Positions 27,394-32,000 of a stretch of 32,000 nucleotides of DNA are shown here, one piece after another. A program made the position numbers and the translations under genes. The stretch is from an archaeon. Its GTDB lineage: Archaea > Asgardarchaeota > Thorarchaeia > Thorarchaeales > Thorarchaeaceae. Under the pieces are notes generated by a model. That model was not told where the DNA came from. It did not search any database and was given only the letters and a program-made list of their open reading frames with translations. Position 1 is the first letter of the stretch. Each line of letters opens with the position of its first letter. The DNA is taken from assembly GCA_024275415.1 (NCBI GenBank), contig JAJRZD010000051.1, positions 1-32,000 of the forward strand, given 5' to 3'.

Positions 27394-27472
27394 CTGGTTG
27401 AAAGGGTTATATTCTTTCAAAACCATTGTAAGTTAATTGTTGGGCATCTAGTAGTAATCGGATAGGATAACT

Positions 27473-28090
27473 TTGAGGAATAAAGTATCGGTGTCAATAT
27501 TAATTTCTATCTGGCTCTTGGTTAATTCAATTGCCTTTGTAGGCCGGATAGGAATGACGGAACAGTCACTATCTCTTGAAAAACAAGGTTCGGCTATGGC
27601 GTATACAGGCCACGCTCCCTTTAACATCACTTCGAATGCCGGTTTCGCCGCTAGCGGGTGGAATGGGTCGGGAATTGACATGTACTCGTCTATGTCTAAT
27701 GTAGTGTTCAACAACCTGATAACGAACAACACACACTATGGGATTACCCTTGTGGGGGAATCAAGATTCAATCAAATATATGGCAATGCTATCGGTTGGA
27801 ATGAGTTGGGCAACGCATATGATGACGGATCTAATAACACATGGTTCGATGAAGGCAATCGAATGGGGAACTGGTGGAGCGATTTCAACAGTACATCTTC
27901 GGATGTGTATGAGATTGACGGAGATGCGAATAGCATAGACTATTATCCGATTGCCTATAGCGACTGGACACTGGAACTGCCGATAAAGACCACTACAATA
28001 GGTATCGAAATCATCCTCGTTTCAGTCGCTGGAGTGGGTGCCGTTGTTATTGTGATAGTTTTCTTCCTTAGACGAAAGCAAATCCTATGA
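27473..28090 (+). CDS. Short membrane-anchored surface protein with NosD/CASH-like beta-helix repeats
   Basis: Signal-like N-terminus, HAPFNITSN, NNLITNN..YGI, DDGSNNTW...GNWWSD, C-terminal TM helix plus RRK. Confidence 0.75.
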   Translation: MRNKVSVSILISIWLLVNSIAFVGRIGMTEQSLSLEKQGSAMAYTGHAPFNITSNAGFAASGWNGSGIDMYSSMSNVVFNNLITNNTHYGITLVGESRFNQIYGNAIGWNELGNAYDDGSNNTWFDEGNRMGNWWSDFNSTSSDVYEIDGDANSIDYYPIAYSDWTLELPIKTTTIGIEIILVSVAGVGAVVIVIVFFLRRKQIL

Positions 28091-28229
28091 TGAGTTCATG
28101 GTTTGAGGCGAATCATAAGGTTCGTTTGGATTTAGCCCTATCAGACACCTTAATATCCGCCAATCCTATCATTGAGTCAGCCTTCTTTGAGGACATGAAT
28201 AAGGCATAGAGAAGCATCCTAAAAAGGGA

Positions 28230-28535
28230 ATGCGTCAAAAGAACTACAAGCATCACTCCAGGTGTTGGAATATGCAAATCGAAGATTATGAATATGAAGA
28301 GGAGAAGACACTATCCAACCTAGCTGCTCTTCTAGAAAACATAGCTCGACAGCTTCGCGAAGATAAGACCCTCGAACTGCCCATGCCCAGTGCAAAGACG
28401 GGTACAATCGAGATTCCGATTGGTGAGCCAGTCGAAACAGGAATCGAAGTTGGGATTCGAAGGCACTTCATACATCTTGTCTTAGATCTTTCGTGGAGAA
28501 AACCAGATGAGAGCGGAGGCGAGCTGGATGAATGA
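28230..28535 (+). CDS. Amphi-Trp domain protein
   Basis: YEYEEEKT...AALLENIARQL...E.E....LDLSW pattern; likely start ATG at 28272. Confidence 0.75.
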   Translation: MRQKNYKHHSRCWNMQIEDYEYEEEKTLSNLAALLENIARQLREDKTLELPMPSAKTGTIEIPIGEPVETGIEVGIRRHFIHLVLDLSWRKPDESGGELDE

Positions 28536-29151
28536 AACTGATTTTACACGGGATAATATCCTTGAGAAACTTGTCGAGGTCATCGAGATCCAAGAAGCAA
28601 TAAGCGAGTTTGTAGGAGAGAGGTTATGTGACCACTGCGAGTCCCCTGAAGAAGATTGGAGCGAGCGCAGGAAGGGGATTGTAAAGAATCTCAAGAATCT
28701 GATGGAAAAGTACGATTTCGCAAAGAAACTTCCGAGAAGTTCGCTTGGCATAGGAGTCCAAGCGGTGTTATCCTATCTTATCAAGATCCAGATGACATTC
28801 GCTCAGGTCATGGTAATGATTGACATGATTCGAGGCGAATCCTTTGGTGAAGTATACCTCGATTCGATGAACTCGATATCTGCCAAGACACATCAAGAAC
28901 TAACAGCATTGAAGAATCTGACTCGTGAAAGAATTGAAGACCCAGAGGGATCTCTTGAAACGCTCAATGTGATCCTGCGCCTCGAACGAGAAATCGATGA
29001 GGACAACATTGTCATTTGTAGACAGATATCCACTGCAAGTGTGGACGGCGAAACTGACTATACGTGTTATATCTTGAGGAAAATCGTAAGTGAACTTGAA
29101 CACATCTCAGACTACATCAAGGATGCAGCAGAGATTATTGTGGATATATGA
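28507..29151 (+). CDS. DUF47/PhoU-like helical protein
   Basis: LRLEREIDE and LEHISDYIKDAAE repeats typical of DUF47/PhoU; likely start ATG at 28528. Confidence 0.7.
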   Translation: MRAEASWMNETDFTRDNILEKLVEVIEIQEAISEFVGERLCDHCESPEEDWSERRKGIVKNLKNLMEKYDFAKKLPRSSLGIGVQAVLSYLIKIQMTFAQVMVMIDMIRGESFGEVYLDSMNSISAKTHQELTALKNLTRERIEDPEGSLETLNVILRLEREIDEDNIVICRQISTASVDGETDYTCYILRKIVSELEHISDYIKDAAEIIVDI

Positions 29152-29160
29152 GGGAAGACC

Positions 29161-30786
29161 GTGGCAGTCGAGCTATACCTAGTTGCGGCGATACTGATCG
29201 GTGGTGCAGCCCTAGCAAAAGTTGCAGAGGAATACAAATTCCCATACCCAATTCCATTGATCATTGCAGGTATCATATTAGGACTTGCATTAGGACCTGA
29301 ATTCTCGTTGCTTCCAGCAGATTTTGGATTCGATTTCATTGCCCAGCTGGCATTAGCAGTGGTGCTATTCTATGCAGGACTCACCATGAACTTGAAGGAA
29401 ACAAATAGATCCAGGGTTTCCGTAATTCTTCTTGCGACACTCGGAGTCTTACTGACATCCATTATTGCCGGTGTCGCAGTCACATTTCTTATCCCAAGCA
29501 TCGGGTTGGCACTGCTTATCGGTGCAATCCTGTCACCCACTGACCCCGCTGCGCTCTTCTCTGTGCTTGAAAGCGGGGGAGTACGTGTGAAAAGGAAGCT
29601 ATTCACTCTTCTTGAAGGAGAGGCAGTCTTCAATGACGCTACAGCTGTCGTCATGGTCACAACGCTGTTCCTACCTCTCGTGGTTCCGGCCATCGCACTC
29701 CCATGGTGGGAGAGTCTTCTCGGCTTCTTCCTAAGCATAGGCGTGGGTATACTCATCGGATATGCTGTGGCATATGGCGTTAGTAGAATCATCTTGAATA
29801 CCGGTGAGGATACAAACATCTCAATCTTGACAGCAACGTCTCCAATCCTAGCCTATGGACTCGGCGAGGCTGTGGCAGCAATTCTGCCTTTCGTTCATCC
29901 TGGAGCACTTGCTGCTGTCTTCGCAGGGATATTTCTAGGGAACTCGAAGCTGGTCGGAGTGTCATTCCTACCTCAAAAGTCAATGCGCGGCGTCATGAAG
30001 AACGTGTCCTTCGTATTCGAGATTGCTGTCTTCGTCCTTTTCGGTGTGACTCTTGATGTCGTGGGGTTAGCAGCCGATGTGGGACTGATCACCATTGGGC
30101 TTGTTGTTGGACTCTTGGTCATATTCTTCGCCAGACCAGTATCTGTGCTTCTTGTAACATTGGGTGATCGAACGGTAGACATGAAAGAACGCTTCCTGCT
30201 TAGCTGGGCAGGCGTGAAAGGTGTCGCCAGTGCTGCGTTGGCTGCCATTGCAGTGGGCGTGATTCTCGAAAACTCTGAGTCTGTGGACACATTCTTCCAA
30301 GCACAGGGACTGACCACAACCGATGTTGTCTTTACGATCAATTCAATCATTTTCATCGTTGTGCTCATGAGCCTGTTCCTACAAGGATTAACGACTCCCA
30401 TCCTCACGCAGAAGCTCAAATTAATGGAAGAGAAGGACAGGGCTCAGGACATCGCCATTGAGAGGAACGCGACTCGACAAGCACTATTGCATCTTGTTGA
30501 CCTATACACAGAGGGAAAGGTCGATTCAAAGACATACTCGACTCTGAAACACGAATTGGAAGAGCAGATATTCACACTTGAGGATGAACTCCGTGCCGTT
30601 GTTGCAGAACGGCGAGCTCGACAAAGAGAGATAGAGATGCGAAATGAGATTCTAAAAAAGAAACTCGAGTATCTTACATCTGAATACGAGAATGGGAACA
30701 TATCAGATTCAGCATATACTGATCTACAACACGAGCTAGCGGCTGAGATAGAGGAACTAGAAAGCAGAAAGAGGCTTCTACACTAA
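29161..30786 (+). CDS. CPA1 (NhaP-type) cation/H+ antiporter with helical C-terminal tail
   Basis: LSPTDPAAL, EGEAVFNDATAVV, SWAGVKG, LQGLT motifs; about 12-13 TM segments. Confidence 0.92.
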   Translation: MAVELYLVAAILIGGAALAKVAEEYKFPYPIPLIIAGIILGLALGPEFSLLPADFGFDFIAQLALAVVLFYAGLTMNLKETNRSRVSVILLATLGVLLTSIIAGVAVTFLIPSIGLALLIGAILSPTDPAALFSVLESGGVRVKRKLFTLLEGEAVFNDATAVVMVTTLFLPLVVPAIALPWWESLLGFFLSIGVGILIGYAVAYGVSRIILNTGEDTNISILTATSPILAYGLGEAVAAILPFVHPGALAAVFAGIFLGNSKLVGVSFLPQKSMRGVMKNVSFVFEIAVFVLFGVTLDVVGLAADVGLITIGLVVGLLVIFFARPVSVLLVTLGDRTVDMKERFLLSWAGVKGVASAALAAIAVGVILENSESVDTFFQAQGLTTTDVVFTINSIIFIVVLMSLFLQGLTTPILTQKLKLMEEKDRAQDIAIERNATRQALLHLVDLYTEGKVDSKTYSTLKHELEEQIFTLEDELRAVVAERRARQREIEMRNEILKKKLEYLTSEYENGNISDSAYTDLQHELAAEIEELESRKRLLH

Positions 30787-30802
30787 GTGGGCATTGACAA
30801 TG

Positions 30803-31459
30803 TTAGAATGACACCTTCCGGTAGACATCAGGAATCCTGAGTCCCATTTTCCCGTTGAAGACATCACGTAGCAAATCAAAATGCTCATCCAAATCCTTCA
30901 GAAGCTTCTCCAAGTCCTCATTGGAAATATTAGGTTCTGCGGTCCAGATGGTGAGATAGTTGCTGATGACACCCACATCTACAGAACCCTGTTCAAGGTC
31001 TTGGTAGATGGTCAACTTGATCAGGAACTCGGCTTCAAACATATTCAAGATGTCATGAACGCTGAGGATGATAAGATCAAGAAATCCGACTAGATCCTCA
31101 AGCTCGGGTTGCTCCTCCAAGCTGCCACGCAACGACTCATTGAAGGTCTGGATGGTTGCGGCCTTCTGGCGTAAAGTTTCGAACATCCTCATCAGTTTCG
31201 TGAATTCTTTGATGCTCGATTCCAATGAAGGAACCAGCTTGGTGAAGAGATTGACAAGCAACTTCCCTTTGGTGTTCTCCCGAATGCTTTGATGCTCACT
31301 GAGCTTCCCTAGAGGCCCGTCAAGATGTTCAAGCTGTACAAGTGTGTTGGTGACGGCCTGGATAGACTTGACAGAATTGCGTTGTATTTTCCCCCACCGC
31401 TCGACAAAGCTGTCGATTCCGTCACGCAGGTCTTCAATGATATCAAGCTCTCGGGTCAA
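30803..31459 (-). CDS. All-helical protein, CINP-like (tentative)
   Basis: 218 aa, TTG start; ILNMFEAEFLIKLTIYQDL...NYLTIWTAEPNI resembles the C-terminal motif of eukaryotic CINP as recalled from memory. Confidence 0.6.
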   Translation of the reverse strand: MTRELDIIEDLRDGIDSFVERWGKIQRNSVKSIQAVTNTLVQLEHLDGPLGKLSEHQSIRENTKGKLLVNLFTKLVPSLESSIKEFTKLMRMFETLRQKAATIQTFNESLRGSLEEQPELEDLVGFLDLIILSVHDILNMFEAEFLIKLTIYQDLEQGSVDVGVISNYLTIWTAEPNISNEDLEKLLKDLDEHFDLLRDVFNGKMGLRIPDVYRKVSF

Positions 31460-31541
31460 TGTTTCGTTCTACTCCGTATAAAACCTTCATTTCTAGGTTT
31501 ATAACTCATTCTCAGAGGGCACATACACCAAAAAAGGATGC

Positions 31542-32000
31542 CTATGACAACTTGGATACATCCACTTTTCTTGTCCTGCCAAATGCTACTTTGATTGCAT
31601 CAATACTGTTTGTCGCAAGACCCACAATGTCGCCTGTGAACAACGAAAAGAGAACAGAAGCTGCTTTTGCGGGGGCGTCAGTCCGTTTCTGGATTGATTC
31701 CACTTCACTTGAGAATCGATGCCAGAGTCCTTCAATCGTTCCGCGTTCGACTACTCCCTCCTCTTCAAGTGCCTTGATGAGATTCCGACCAACCAAACCT
31801 TCTTCGCTGAAACCGCAAATCACATCCAATACCTCCTTACTCGTGGGATCGTCCTTCTTTTTCTCTAGCAGCTCGACAAAAGCCATCGTGGTGTGCTGTA
31901 CTGTTTCCAAGAGGTCAATCAGTCTTGCCTTTTGAAGTGGGCTTAGACTTGATTCCAAAGCCAAGTCGATTGACTGCTCAATCTTACCAAAATCAACAAA
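31542..32000 (-). CDS. C-terminal part of a hypothetical helical protein, extends beyond window end
   Basis: Frame remains open upstream of the ORF-track TTG to base 32000 (FVDFGKIEQSID-LALESS...). Confidence 0.7.
   Translation of the reverse strand, partial: FVDFGKIEQSIDLALESSLSPLQKARLIDLLETVQHTTMAFVELLEKKKDDPTSKEVLDVICGFSEEGLVGRNLIKALEEEGVVERGTIEGLWHRFSSEVESIQKRTDAPAKAASVLFSLFTGDIVGLATNSIDAIKVAFGRTRKVDVSKLS

Noticed and set aside
1-32000. tRNA, rRNA, CRISPR arrays, IS elements or integrases
   Set aside because: No cloverleaf with T-loop consensus, no regularly spaced repeats, and no transposase or recombinase motifs seen by eye.

Overview
Gene-dense archaeal window with no rRNA, tRNA, CRISPR or IS element that I could recognise. 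Archaeal-type TrpRS, alpha2 GlyRS, archaeal CoaD, an Nre-like gene, a stand-alone Lrp/AsnC domain and frequent TTG/GTG starts point to an archaeon. SNAP-like and CINP-like proteins suggest an Asgard lineage, plausibly Thorarchaeota (inference, no database search run). Housekeeping genes: ferritin, M28 peptidase-coaD, RACo-like activator, Usp, glyS, class II HMG-CoA reductase, trpS, metY-metX, nitrilase, GT-C glycosyltransferase, CPA1 antiporter operon. Most notable: (1) a 218-aa protein whose motifs resemble eukaryotic CINP; (2) two tail-to-tail SNAP-like TPR genes, one with C-terminal Ig-like domains; (3) a 918-aa polytopic SpoIIM fusion; (4) a degenerate Nre paralog; (5) an AlaX gene split by one in-frame TAA; (6) an Lrp/AsnC gene missed by the ORF track, with no ATG/GTG/TTG start and a 20-bp palindrome upstream; (7) a tandem pair of Zn-ribbon membrane proteins. 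All family calls come from motif recognition by eye.
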